Translations under genes and position numbers: made by a program
NCBI GenBank assembly: GCA_964536865.1
Contig: CAZHYN010000014.1
Coordinates: 1 to 32,000 of the forward strand
Direction: 5' to 3'
Length of the DNA: 32,000 nucleotides
DNA from: an uncultured Planctomycetia bacterium
GTDB lineage: Bacteria; Omnitrophota; Gorgyraeia; Duberdicusellales; 4484-171
Part shown: piece after piece, positions 1-7,417 of the stretch
Position numbering within the stretch: position 1 is the first letter of the stretch
Layout of the letters: the number at the start of each line of letters is the position of its first letter
Notes under the pieces: model-generated
Told to the model about the DNA's origin: nothing
What the model saw: only the letters and a program-made list of their open reading frames with translations
Database searches by the model: none

Positions 1-1070
1 ATAACACTTTTATTTTGCAATCTCAATTTAGAATCATAAAAAGAAGGAAAAGTAATCACAACTGGAAGGAATTTTGTTTTTTCTATTTTAAAATTTATAA
101 AATAATTTTTATTTATCTCATAACTAGGAAAAAGCCAAAAATTACATATAGGATGAATATGTTTACTTTTACTTATATTCTCTTTAATTCCTAAATATAG
201 CATACATCCCGACAAAGAAGGCTCCATCCTTCTCATCTCTTCAAGCTCTTTAGTATTTACTTTCAAAAGCTTTCTGAAAGTTAAAAATGCATCGCAATTA
301 GAAATAACTACCTTGCTTTCTATTTTTTTTCTCTCTTCAAGAAGGACTCCTTTAACTTTTCCTCTATCAATTAATATTTTTTTAACTTCATTATTTAATA
401 TTACTTCTCCTCTGAAACTCTTAAACTTTTTCATCAAAATGTTAGGCAATTTCTGTATACCTCCCTTAACAGGATAATATCCAGGATCCAGAATAAATTC
501 ACGAAAAAATGTTATTAATACAATTGCAGGAATTTTTTTAAAATCAAAACAACCCAGTCCATTCAACATTAATCCCTTAAATAAAAATTTCAGCTTTTTA
601 TCTTTAAAAAACATATCTAACATTCTCTCACAATTTATCCCATCAAACTTTTTATACAAGGTTAAAAAATTTTGTTTAAGAAGGATATCAAAGAATCTAT
701 TTAGATTATCCTTCTCTTTAAAAAAAACTTTCCCAAATTCTTCTGCAGTTTTATAGGGATTCGCTCTAAGATAAACAACTCTATCAGGTAATATAATTTT
801 ATCAGTAGGATCAAGTTGAAAAAATTCTATTTCTCTTTTTATATCTAACTCTTTCAAAATTTTCCCTAAAGCTCCTCTTTTTATTCCTCCAAAATAATGC
901 GCTCCTACATCAAACCTATATCCGTCTTTCTCAAAAGATGTGCAATACCCACCTGGTTTATCATTCTTCTCTACAATTAAAACCTTTAAGCCTGCCTTAG
1001 CTAAATAACACCCGCAGACTAATCCTCCAATACCTGCACCAATTATCACTACATCGTATTTGTCTTTCAT
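1..1070 (-). CDS. FAD-dependent oxidoreductase of the phytoene-desaturase/amine-oxidase (CrtI-like) family; N-terminal ~356 codons, 3' end beyond the left window edge
   Basis: Hand translation of the minus strand from ATG 1070..1068: MKDKYDVVIIGAGIGGLVCGCYLAKAGLKVLIVEKNDKPGGYCTSFEKDGYRFDVGAHYFGG ... GYYPVKGGIQKLPNIL. It has a GxGxxG dinucleotide fold and GG motifs typical of CrtI/COG1233-type flavoenzymes. The frame stays open to base 1, so it is absent from the ORF track. The ATG is 1 nt after the nitroreductase stop. Confidence 0.8.
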   Translation of the reverse strand, partial: MKDKYDVVIIGAGIGGLVCGCYLAKAGLKVLIVEKNDKPGGYCTSFEKDGYRFDVGAHYFGGIKRGALGKILKELDIKREIEFFQLDPTDKIILPDRVVYLRANPYKTAEEFGKVFFKEKDNLNRFFDILLKQNFLTLYKKFDGINCERMLDMFFKDKKLKFLFKGLMLNGLGCFDFKKIPAIVLITFFREFILDPGYYPVKGGIQKLPNILMKKFKSFRGEVILNNEVKKILIDRGKVKGVLLEERKKIESKVVISNCDAFLTFRKLLKVNTKELEEMRRMEPSLSGCMLYLGIKENISKSKHIHPICNFWLFPSYEINKNYFINFKIEKTKFLPVVITFPSFYDSKLRLQNKSV

Positions 1071-1071
1071 T

Positions 1072-1668
1072 TTATCTAATATATTTTACTGTCTCTGATA
1101 ACGGCTTCCTTTTGGAGCGTTTTCCTTTTTCTTGAGGATAACCCAAAGTTAAAATTGCTGCTAACTCATTATTTTCATTTAAAAGTTTGCTTATCTCTTT
1201 TCTGCAGAATAGAGGTGTATTAAGCCAACAGGAACCCAATCCTAAACTTTCTGCTACAAGTACCATATTCTGGAGAGCTGCTGAAATTGCAGAAATTTCA
1301 GCAACTTTTGCTAATTTTATGTATGATTCTCTATACCTTTTAGCTAACTGCATAAAAGCTTTTGTATTGTATATTGCAATTAAGATAGGAGCATTTCTAA
1401 TAACATCTGCACTAAAATGAAGTAAAATATTAGCTCCCGTGCCTATTTTCTTTGACTTCTTAATCAATCTATTTGTAATTTCTTTTATCAATTCTTTATT
1501 CTCTATCACTACAAATTTCCAAGGTTGGATACCGTGAATGGATGGGCCCCATCTGCCTGCCTCAATAATTTTTCTTATTATTTTTTCTGGTATAGGTTTA
1601 TCTTTATACTTTCTTATAGCTTTTCTTTTCTTAACTATTTCTAATATAACTTTACTTTCATCTACCAT
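1072..1668 (-). CDS. nitroreductase-family flavoprotein
   Basis: 198-aa ORF. KRKAIRKYKDKPIPEKIIRKIIEAGRWGPSIHGIQPWKFVVI is the typical nitroreductase-fold opening. GAGG Shine-Dalgarno about 8 nt upstream of the ATG. Confidence 0.85.
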   Translation of the reverse strand: MVDESKVILEIVKKRKAIRKYKDKPIPEKIIRKIIEAGRWGPSIHGIQPWKFVVIENKELIKEITNRLIKKSKKIGTGANILLHFSADVIRNAPILIAIYNTKAFMQLAKRYRESYIKLAKVAEISAISAALQNMVLVAESLGLGSCWLNTPLFCRKEISKLLNENNELAAILTLGYPQEKGKRSKRKPLSETVKYIR

Positions 1669-1706
1669 ATCTTCTACCTCAAATTAACCCGCTTTTAGCA
1701 AAAGAT

Positions 1707-2762
1707 TTATCTAAAAGCAGATACTCCTATTTTCTTTATTTCCTCTCCAAAAACAGTATCTCCGCAGCGAAAATCAGCAAGAAAAAAACCCTCTTCCTTA
1801 GCCAAATTACTAACAACTACTACATTTCTTGAGTTAAATTCAGTTATAAAGTCGTCGAGTGAGTTTTGTAATCCTAAAATAACAGCTTCTGCAATACAAG
1901 CTACAATAGCATCTTCAGGAAAAAGGATATCAAATTCTTTATGAGTTAAAGGACCGCGAGTCACCCAGGCTGCCTCTATAGGGAGAATGTCTTTGCGTTC
2001 ATTGTAAATAGTTTTAGCTGACCAAAAGGGAACGATGGCATCAAAGAATATGCTTTTTGGCTGCAAATTTTTTATTATTTCTTCAGATAAAAAAAGATAA
2101 GTGCTTATAACTAACTTGCTTCCTTTTAAGACATCTTTTATAGAGTTAGAAATTGTTAAATTTCTAAAGTTAGAGTGATTAAATTCAGCAAAAGTATCTT
2201 TTTTGCGATTAGATTTATCGAATAACCAGATTTCTCTCACCTTTCCTATCAGAAGCTGGCAACATACCCTGGCTACTGGCGAATCAGCATCAAAAAGAGA
2301 CAGTTTCACCTCTCTTAAATCAATATCTAGTTGAGAACTAATCCTTAACAGATTATCGATTATTGTAGCAGTAAAAAGTTTTCTGCCTGTGATAAAAAAA
2401 ATATCTTCTCTGTTTATTCTCTTTTTTACTGTAGAAACTAATCTCCCTAAGATTCCTGCCAGGCAGATAATCCTTGCTTCTTTTCTTAAGGCAAGTTTTA
2501 CAGATGAGATGGTTTTTTCTATAAGTTTTTCTTCACTTAGAAGAGGAATCTGCTTAAGAAGTAAGGGGGCTATAATGATAGAACCTTGGGTTTTATTTCC
2601 TCTTTTTGATTCTACATTTAAGAAGAGTATTTCTTGAGGGGTAAGATTATCTAAAAAGTTATCTAAAATATCCTTTTGAGAAAAAGTAATTCCTTTGCTA
2701 TTTAATACTTTTTTTAATGTATCTTCTTCTGGGAAATATCCTATCCAGGCAAATTTATACAT
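1707..2762 (-). CDS. acyl-ACP reductase-like (COG5322 / shikimate-DH-like fold) protein with a degenerate nucleotide-binding loop
   Basis: 351-aa ORF. From memory it is collinear with cyanobacterial acyl-ACP reductase: FAWIGYF vs FGLIGHL at the N-terminus, ITGRKLFTA vs TTGNTHTA, VACIAEAVILG vs FACFAEAMLLE (catalytic Cys position kept). GATGDIG is replaced by DADSPVA. No search was run. Confidence 0.5.
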   Translation of the reverse strand: MYKFAWIGYFPEEDTLKKVLNSKGITFSQKDILDNFLDNLTPQEILFLNVESKRGNKTQGSIIIAPLLLKQIPLLSEEKLIEKTISSVKLALRKEARIICLAGILGRLVSTVKKRINREDIFFITGRKLFTATIIDNLLRISSQLDIDLREVKLSLFDADSPVARVCCQLLIGKVREIWLFDKSNRKKDTFAEFNHSNFRNLTISNSIKDVLKGSKLVISTYLFLSEEIIKNLQPKSIFFDAIVPFWSAKTIYNERKDILPIEAAWVTRGPLTHKEFDILFPEDAIVACIAEAVILGLQNSLDDFITEFNSRNVVVVSNLAKEEGFFLADFRCGDTVFGEEIKKIGVSAFR

Positions 2763-2765
2763 ATA

Positions 2766-3455
2766 TTAAGACGCTTTTTTAAAAAACCCTCCTTTAGGTA
2801 AGGGTAAATAAGCCCAGCATTTTTGAGTGTATTCTCTATACTTATCTCCATAAATTTTGATAAGGTCTTTCTCTTCCAAGTAAGTTTTAAGAATCATTAA
2901 AGAAGCAAATATAAATATAGCAAACAAAAATGCATAGAGAGTTCCTGCAATCATAGATACAGAAAGCGCTTCTAAAATTACTCCAAAATAGATAGGATGA
3001 CGCATATATTTATAAGGTCCTTTATCAGTTATTAACTGCCTTGTTAAGATTTTTGTCTGCCAGGATTCCCCTAAAGTCTTTACTCCCCATAGTCTTAAAA
3101 ATAAAGCAATTAAGTAAATAGTTCCTCCATATATAACTAAAAAAGGAGTAAAGGTGCGAGGAACTAAAAAGAACTCAAACATCATAATAAAAGCCATGGT
3201 AGTATAGACTAAAGCTACTGCCTGAAAGGCCCAGTCTTTTTCTAATCGGCTAATATGCTTCTCAAATCTTCCACTGTAGAAAGTTTCAAATATCCTCTCT
3301 ACTGCTACAAATACTACGTATCCTACAAAAAGCCATCCATATTTTACTTGAGGATGAGTTATTTTTAGTAAAATCGCCGTAAGGGGAATCAGAAATTTAA
3401 TCACCATCATCAGTAATTTAAGGAAGCTGGTTTTCTTCTTCTTCTTCTTCTTCAC
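2766..3455 (-). CDS. isoprenylcysteine carboxyl methyltransferase (ICMT)/phospholipid methyltransferase-family membrane protein
   Basis: 229-aa polytopic ORF with GPYKYMRHPIYFGVILEAL and EEKDLIKIYGDKYREY, the ICMT/PEMT-family signature. GTG start 4 nt after AAGGGGG. The N-terminus is M-K7, encoded by an (AAG)6 repeat plus AAA. Confidence 0.8.
   Translation of the reverse strand: MKKKKKKKTSFLKLLMMVIKFLIPLTAILLKITHPQVKYGWLFVGYVVFVAVERIFETFYSGRFEKHISRLEKDWAFQAVALVYTTMAFIMMFEFFLVPRTFTPFLVIYGGTIYLIALFLRLWGVKTLGESWQTKILTRQLITDKGPYKYMRHPIYFGVILEALSVSMIAGTLYAFLFAIFIFASLMILKTYLEEKDLIKIYGDKYREYTQKCWAYLPLPKGGFFKKAS
3435..3452 (-). repeat. (AAG)6 / (CTT)6 trinucleotide repeat immediately after the GTG start of the methyltransferase gene
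   Basis: The plus strand reads cttcttcttcttcttctt at 3435-3452, followed by cac (GTG on the minus strand) at 3453-3455. Confidence 0.9.
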
Positions 3456-3528
3456 TATTCCCCCTTACTTATTTTCTCAAATGATACATTTTCCTACTCC
3501 GGGTAACTACACCTTAGGTAAAAACTCT

Positions 3529-3573
3529 CTCAAATGAGACATTTCAAGTCTGACTTATTTTGTCTCATTTGAG
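3529..3573 (-). terminator. 13-bp inverted repeat (CTCAAATGAGACA / TGTCTCATTTGAG) with a 19-nt loop, just after the KS stop; possible weak terminator or attenuator
   Basis: Arms at 3529-3541 and 3561-3573. On the minus strand the stem is followed by AGAGUUUUUA. The AU-rich stem and large loop make it non-canonical. Confidence 0.35.
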
Positions 3574-3574
3574 G

Positions 3575-4786
3575 TTAATTTGGTTTGCTAAAGACTACGC
3601 AACAATTACTTCCTCCAAAAGCAAATCCGTTATTTAAAACTATATTTAATTTCTTTTTTCTTGCCTTATTAGGAACACAATCTATATCACATTCAGGATC
3701 CGGGGTTTTAAAATTTATTGTGGGAGGAATTATTCCCCTTTCTATCGCTAAACAACAGGCTACCGCTTCAATACTAGAAGCTGCTCCCATGCAATGGCCA
3801 ATCATTGATTTTAAGGAACTAACAGGAACATTTCTGTAATTTTCTCCAAATAGTTCTTTTATCGCTTCAGCCTCTGCTTTATCGTTCTGAACTGTTCCTG
3901 TTCCATGGGCACAGACATAATCTATATCTTGAGGTAAACAGTTGGCATTTCTAATTGCTTTCTCCATTGCTTTTTTTATTCCTTCTTTTTTAGGTATAGT
4001 CATATGATATGCATCAGAAGATAATCCGTAACTTAAAACTTCTACATAGATATTTGTTTTTCTTTTTTCTGCTTCTCCAAGAGGTTCTAAAATCAAAATT
4101 CCTGCCCCTTCTCCTAAAAGCATACCTTTTCTATCCTTATCAAAAGGAGAACACACTCTTGGTGCCATAGCATAAAGCGTCTGAAACCCTTGAAAAGCAC
4201 CTCGGGAAAGTGCTTCTGCTCCTCCTACAATAGCTAAATCCACCTTCCCCTTTCTTATCAAATCTAAACCATATCCAATTGCATAATTACCAGCAGCACA
4301 AGCATTAGGAATAAGAAGGTTATAACCTTTAAGTTGAAGGAAATAACCAATATTCCGAGGAATAGAGGGAGAAAAAGCATTAAGAAGAAGTTTAAGAGTA
4401 ATCTCATCCCATTCCTCCTTTAGCAACATTTCTGAAGAAAAGTCTAATACGCTTGCCTCTGTCATTGTAGTACCTACAATTATTGCTAATCTTTTATTTC
4501 TGCACTCATTTAAATTAAGATGAGCGTCTTCTAAAGCTAATTTAGTAGCAGCAATAGCAAACTGAGAAGCTCTTCCCAAAAACTGAGTCATCTCTTGAGG
4601 AATAAATAAAGTGGGGTCAAAATCTCTTATCTCTCCTGCGTAGTGACGCTTAAATTTAGAGGTATCAAAGAGAGTCACTTTGCTTATTCCTGATTTTCCT
4701 TTTATAAGATTATTCCAGAAATCTTCTTTATTTAAACCAATAGAAGAAATCACCCCTATCCCACTTACTACTACTTTCTTGCCCAT
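3575..4786 (-). CDS. beta-ketoacyl-ACP synthase II-like condensing enzyme (KS-alpha), catalytic triad intact
   Basis: 403-aa ORF with NACAAGN (active-site Cys), CAHGTGT and KSMIGHCMGAAS (both His). FabF/KS-alpha architecture. Confidence 0.9.
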   Translation of the reverse strand: MGKKVVVSGIGVISSIGLNKEDFWNNLIKGKSGISKVTLFDTSKFKRHYAGEIRDFDPTLFIPQEMTQFLGRASQFAIAATKLALEDAHLNLNECRNKRLAIIVGTTMTEASVLDFSSEMLLKEEWDEITLKLLLNAFSPSIPRNIGYFLQLKGYNLLIPNACAAGNYAIGYGLDLIRKGKVDLAIVGGAEALSRGAFQGFQTLYAMAPRVCSPFDKDRKGMLLGEGAGILILEPLGEAEKRKTNIYVEVLSYGLSSDAYHMTIPKKEGIKKAMEKAIRNANCLPQDIDYVCAHGTGTVQNDKAEAEAIKELFGENYRNVPVSSLKSMIGHCMGAASSIEAVACCLAIERGIIPPTINFKTPDPECDIDCVPNKARKKKLNIVLNNGFAFGGSNCCVVFSKPN

Positions 4787-4802
4787 AGAATAAAGGAGTT
4801 AA

Positions 4803-5258
4803 TTATTCTTCTTTTTTAATCTTTACCCCAAAAGATATCCTTGCTTCGACGACTACTTCACCGCTTACCTTTGCTAACGCTTTAACTGAACCTGCTCTAT
4901 CAAGAATCTTCTCGCCATATACTTCTAAAATTAATTGATCCCCTACTTTTACTGGTTTTTTAAATTTTGCTTCTACTTTTCCCAGATAATAGTCAGGATG
5001 TGTGTCTGCAACTTCTGGTTTTAAAACTGCAAAGACAACGATACTTGCTTGCGCCAAAGCCTCAATAATTATTGCTCCCGGCATAACAGGATTTTTAGGA
5101 AAATGGCCCTCAAAGAAGTAATCATTCGCAGTTACATTTTTTAGACAGATGACTTTTCTTTGAATTTCGTCTACTTCCAAGACCTTGTCAATGAAGAGAA
5201 AAGGATATCTTTGTGGTAAAATTTCTTGAATTTTTTTTATATCCCAACTTTCTAACAT
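4803..5258 (-). CDS. fabZ: 3-hydroxyacyl-ACP dehydratase FabZ
   Basis: 151-aa ORF with ILPQRYPFLFIDKV and GHFPKNPVMPGAIIIEALAQ, the hot-dog dehydratase motifs. Confidence 0.9.
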   Translation of the reverse strand: MLESWDIKKIQEILPQRYPFLFIDKVLEVDEIQRKVICLKNVTANDYFFEGHFPKNPVMPGAIIIEALAQASIVVFAVLKPEVADTHPDYYLGKVEAKFKKPVKVGDQLILEVYGEKILDRAGSVKALAKVSGEVVVEARISFGVKIKKEE

Positions 5259-5395
5259 ATTTTTTGCCTCTTTAGCTGTTTCTTTATTAAACGATAAATA
5301 TCTGCAAGAAAACGCATGTTGGGAATCTTTTCTTTAGGAATTTCGGCAATCTCAGAAACTAATTTTTGGTCTCTTCTAAGATTCTTCTTTCCCAT
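5252..5395 (-). CDS. 47-codon small ORF in the acpP position (ACP-like N-terminus, no DSL phosphopantetheine site)
   Basis: Hand translation: MGKKNLRRDQKLVSEIAEIPKEKIPNMRFLADIYRLIKKQLKRQKIC. AAGGAGG lies 3 nt upstream of the ATG. The stop overlaps the fabZ ATG by 7 nt. It is below the ORF-track length cut-off. Confidence 0.3.
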   Translation of the reverse strand: MGKKNLRRDQKLVSEIAEIPKEKIPNMRFLADIYRLIKKQLKRQKIC

Positions 5396-5410
5396 AAACC
5401 TCCTTAAGTT

Positions 5411-6157
5411 TTAAATAGCTAATCCTCCATCTATCTTAATTACTTCTCCAGTGATATAATTTGCTTTCTCTGAACTAACAAAAGCACATAACCATGCTAC
5501 CTCCTGGGGTGTTCCCAATCTCTTTAAAGGAATGCTATTTAAGATATTATTTTTTATATCATCCCTTAAGGAAGCTACCATATCTGTAGCAATATAGCCG
5601 GGACAAATAACATTCACCCTTATATTGTAGGGAGCTACTTCTTTAGCTAAAGCTTTAGAAAAACCAATAATTCCTGCCTTGGATGCGCTATAGTTAGTTT
5701 GCCTGGGAATGCCTACCAATCCACTTACCGAACTTATATTTACTATACACCCTCTTTTTTGTTTAAGAAAGGTAGTAATTGCTGATCTAGTCATATTAAA
5801 AGTACCTATTAGATTCGTTTCTATCACTTGCTTCCAATCCTCAACTGTCATCATAAATAATGCTTTATCTCTAATTATCCCTGCGTTGTTAACAAGGATA
5901 TCTAAAGTCTTAAATTTTTTCAAAGTCTTCTCTACTACTGCTCGACATTGTTCAAAATCTCTTACGTCTGCTTGGATACTTAAACAGTTGCCTCCTATTT
6001 TTTTTATTTCCTGTTTTACCTTATCTGCTTCTTTTTTACTTCTGTGATAGGTGAAAACTATCTTTGTTCCTAATTGAGCAAAAACCAAACAGATAGCTTT
6101 ACCTATTCCTCGAGAACCTCCAGTAACTATTACTACTTTATTTTTAAGATCAATCAT
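5411..6157 (-). CDS. fabG: 3-oxoacyl-ACP reductase (SDR family, FabG-type)
   Basis: 248-aa ORF with TGGSRGIGKA, NNAGI and YSASKAG (Ser-Tyr-Lys SDR signature). The ATG is 1 nt after the upstream stop. Confidence 0.9.
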   Translation of the reverse strand: MIDLKNKVVIVTGGSRGIGKAICLVFAQLGTKIVFTYHRSKKEADKVKQEIKKIGGNCLSIQADVRDFEQCRAVVEKTLKKFKTLDILVNNAGIIRDKALFMMTVEDWKQVIETNLIGTFNMTRSAITTFLKQKRGCIVNISSVSGLVGIPRQTNYSASKAGIIGFSKALAKEVAPYNIRVNVICPGYIATDMVASLRDDIKNNILNSIPLKRLGTPQEVAWLCAFVSSEKANYITGEVIKIDGGLAI

Positions 6158-6158
6158 T

Positions 6159-7400
6159 TTAACCAGCTTCTTTGTATTTCTCTAAAATACAGGCACCGTT
6201 ATACCCCCCAGGGCCAAAAGAAGTAACTAAAGCTATAACTACTTCTTTTTTCTGCGCTTTGTTAGGAACACAGTCCACATCACACTCGGGGTCTTTTTCT
6301 TTATAGTTTATAGTAGGAGGGATTTTTCCACTCAGCATTGCTCCTATACAAGAAGTAATCTGAAAAAGGCTTGCTACAGAAAAACTTTCTCCTAACATTG
6401 ATTTTATAGAGCTTACTGGGATCTTCTTCAGGCGCTTACCAAATATTTTTTTTAAAACTTTTACCTCTATCTTATCTAAATCTTGCGATGAATTAGCACA
6501 ACTGGAGATATAATCAACATCTCTGGTAAGTACTCCTGCGGTATCTAGAGCATCCTCTATAGACTTCTTTAATCCTTCTCCTTGAGGGTGAATCTTGCCC
6601 ATTTTGAATCCATCAAAAAAAGAAGAAACACTTCTTATCTTGGCAAAAATTTTGCTCTTTTTCTCTTCAGCTTTTTTGAATTCTTCTATCTTAAATACGC
6701 AACAGCCCTCTCCTAACAAAGGTCCATTTCTCCTTTTATCAAATGGACAACTCAGAGTAGGGCCATTTATCCCACCTAAGTATCCTAGCTTGTGAAAACC
6801 AAAGAATAAGGAAAAGTCCAAACTTTCTACTCCTCCACATAATACTATTTCTGCCTTAGCAGTAGAAAGAGCATCCCAGGTATAGTTTAATGCTTCAATT
6901 CCTGATGTATATCCTGTACTTACTGTAGTGTTAAATCCTTGAATATTAAATCTAATGGAAACCTGGGATGAAGGAGCGTTTATTACTGTAAGGGGAAAGA
7001 GAGCAGGTGAGGCAAAATCTATTCCTTCTTTTAATACTTCTCTATCAAACTCTACAATTGGCCATAGATGAGAGAAAGTAGTAGCAGTACATACCCCTAT
7101 TTTATCAGTATTAGTATCGTTAATTTCTAATCCATTATCTTCAATCACTTGCTTACTAGCAGAAAGAAGAAAAAGTGTACTTCTGTCTAAATTTCTCAAG
7201 CCTTTAAATCCCAAGTATGCTTTGGGATCAAAATTTTTTATCTGCCCTCCAACCTTTACATAAAATTTTTCTGTATCAAAGATATCAATAGGAGTTATGG
7301 CACTTTTTCCTTCTTCTAAAGACTTCCAAAAATCTTTTTTTCCTATGCCATTGGGCGCTATTACTCCTATTCCTGTTATAGCTAGAGTAAAATTATTCAC
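6159..7400 (-). CDS. ketosynthase-fold protein lacking all three catalytic residues (KS-beta / chain-length-factor-like)
   Basis: 413-aa ORF with a full-length KS fold. It has VSTGYTSG (Tyr where the Cys should be), SCANSSQ (Asn for His) and KSMLGESFSVAS (Glu for His). GTG start with no SD. Confidence 0.8.
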   Translation of the reverse strand: MNNFTLAITGIGVIAPNGIGKKDFWKSLEEGKSAITPIDIFDTEKFYVKVGGQIKNFDPKAYLGFKGLRNLDRSTLFLLSASKQVIEDNGLEINDTNTDKIGVCTATTFSHLWPIVEFDREVLKEGIDFASPALFPLTVINAPSSQVSIRFNIQGFNTTVSTGYTSGIEALNYTWDALSTAKAEIVLCGGVESLDFSLFFGFHKLGYLGGINGPTLSCPFDKRRNGPLLGEGCCVFKIEEFKKAEEKKSKIFAKIRSVSSFFDGFKMGKIHPQGEGLKKSIEDALDTAGVLTRDVDYISSCANSSQDLDKIEVKVLKKIFGKRLKKIPVSSIKSMLGESFSVASLFQITSCIGAMLSGKIPPTINYKEKDPECDVDCVPNKAQKKEVVIALVTSFGPGGYNGACILEKYKEAG

Positions 7401-7408
7401 AAAATTAT

Positions 7409-7417
7409 TTTATATCA
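7409..7417 (-). promoter_or_regulatory. extended -10-like element TGATATAAA, 8 nt upstream of the KS-beta GTG
   Basis: The minus strand reads tttTGATATAAAataattttGTG, with no SD between. In AT-rich DNA this could be a chance match. Confidence 0.35.

Noticed and set aside
1691-1718. 8-bp hairpin GCTTTTAG...CTAAAAGC enclosing the stop codon of the AAR-like gene, as a terminator
   Set aside because: The stem is short and AU-rich with a 12-nt loop and has no U-tract. The nitroreductase SD follows immediately. It is probably just an mRNA structure or chance.
3530-3568. Twelve-codon minus-strand mini-ORF (MRQNKSDLKCLI*) inside the hairpin after the KS gene
   Set aside because: It has no SD and lies entirely within a 13-bp stem-loop. 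Its similarity to the 24-codon ORF at 7624-7698 is explained by the shared nucleotide motifs.
3575-7400. Annotating the block simply as the housekeeping fabF-fabG-acpP-fabZ-fabF operon
   Set aside because: One KS lacks Cys/His/His. The acpP slot holds a 47-codon ORF without the serine site. fabH, fabD and fabI are absent, and the block is contiguous with non-FAS tailoring genes. This cannot be fully excluded without the rest of the genome.
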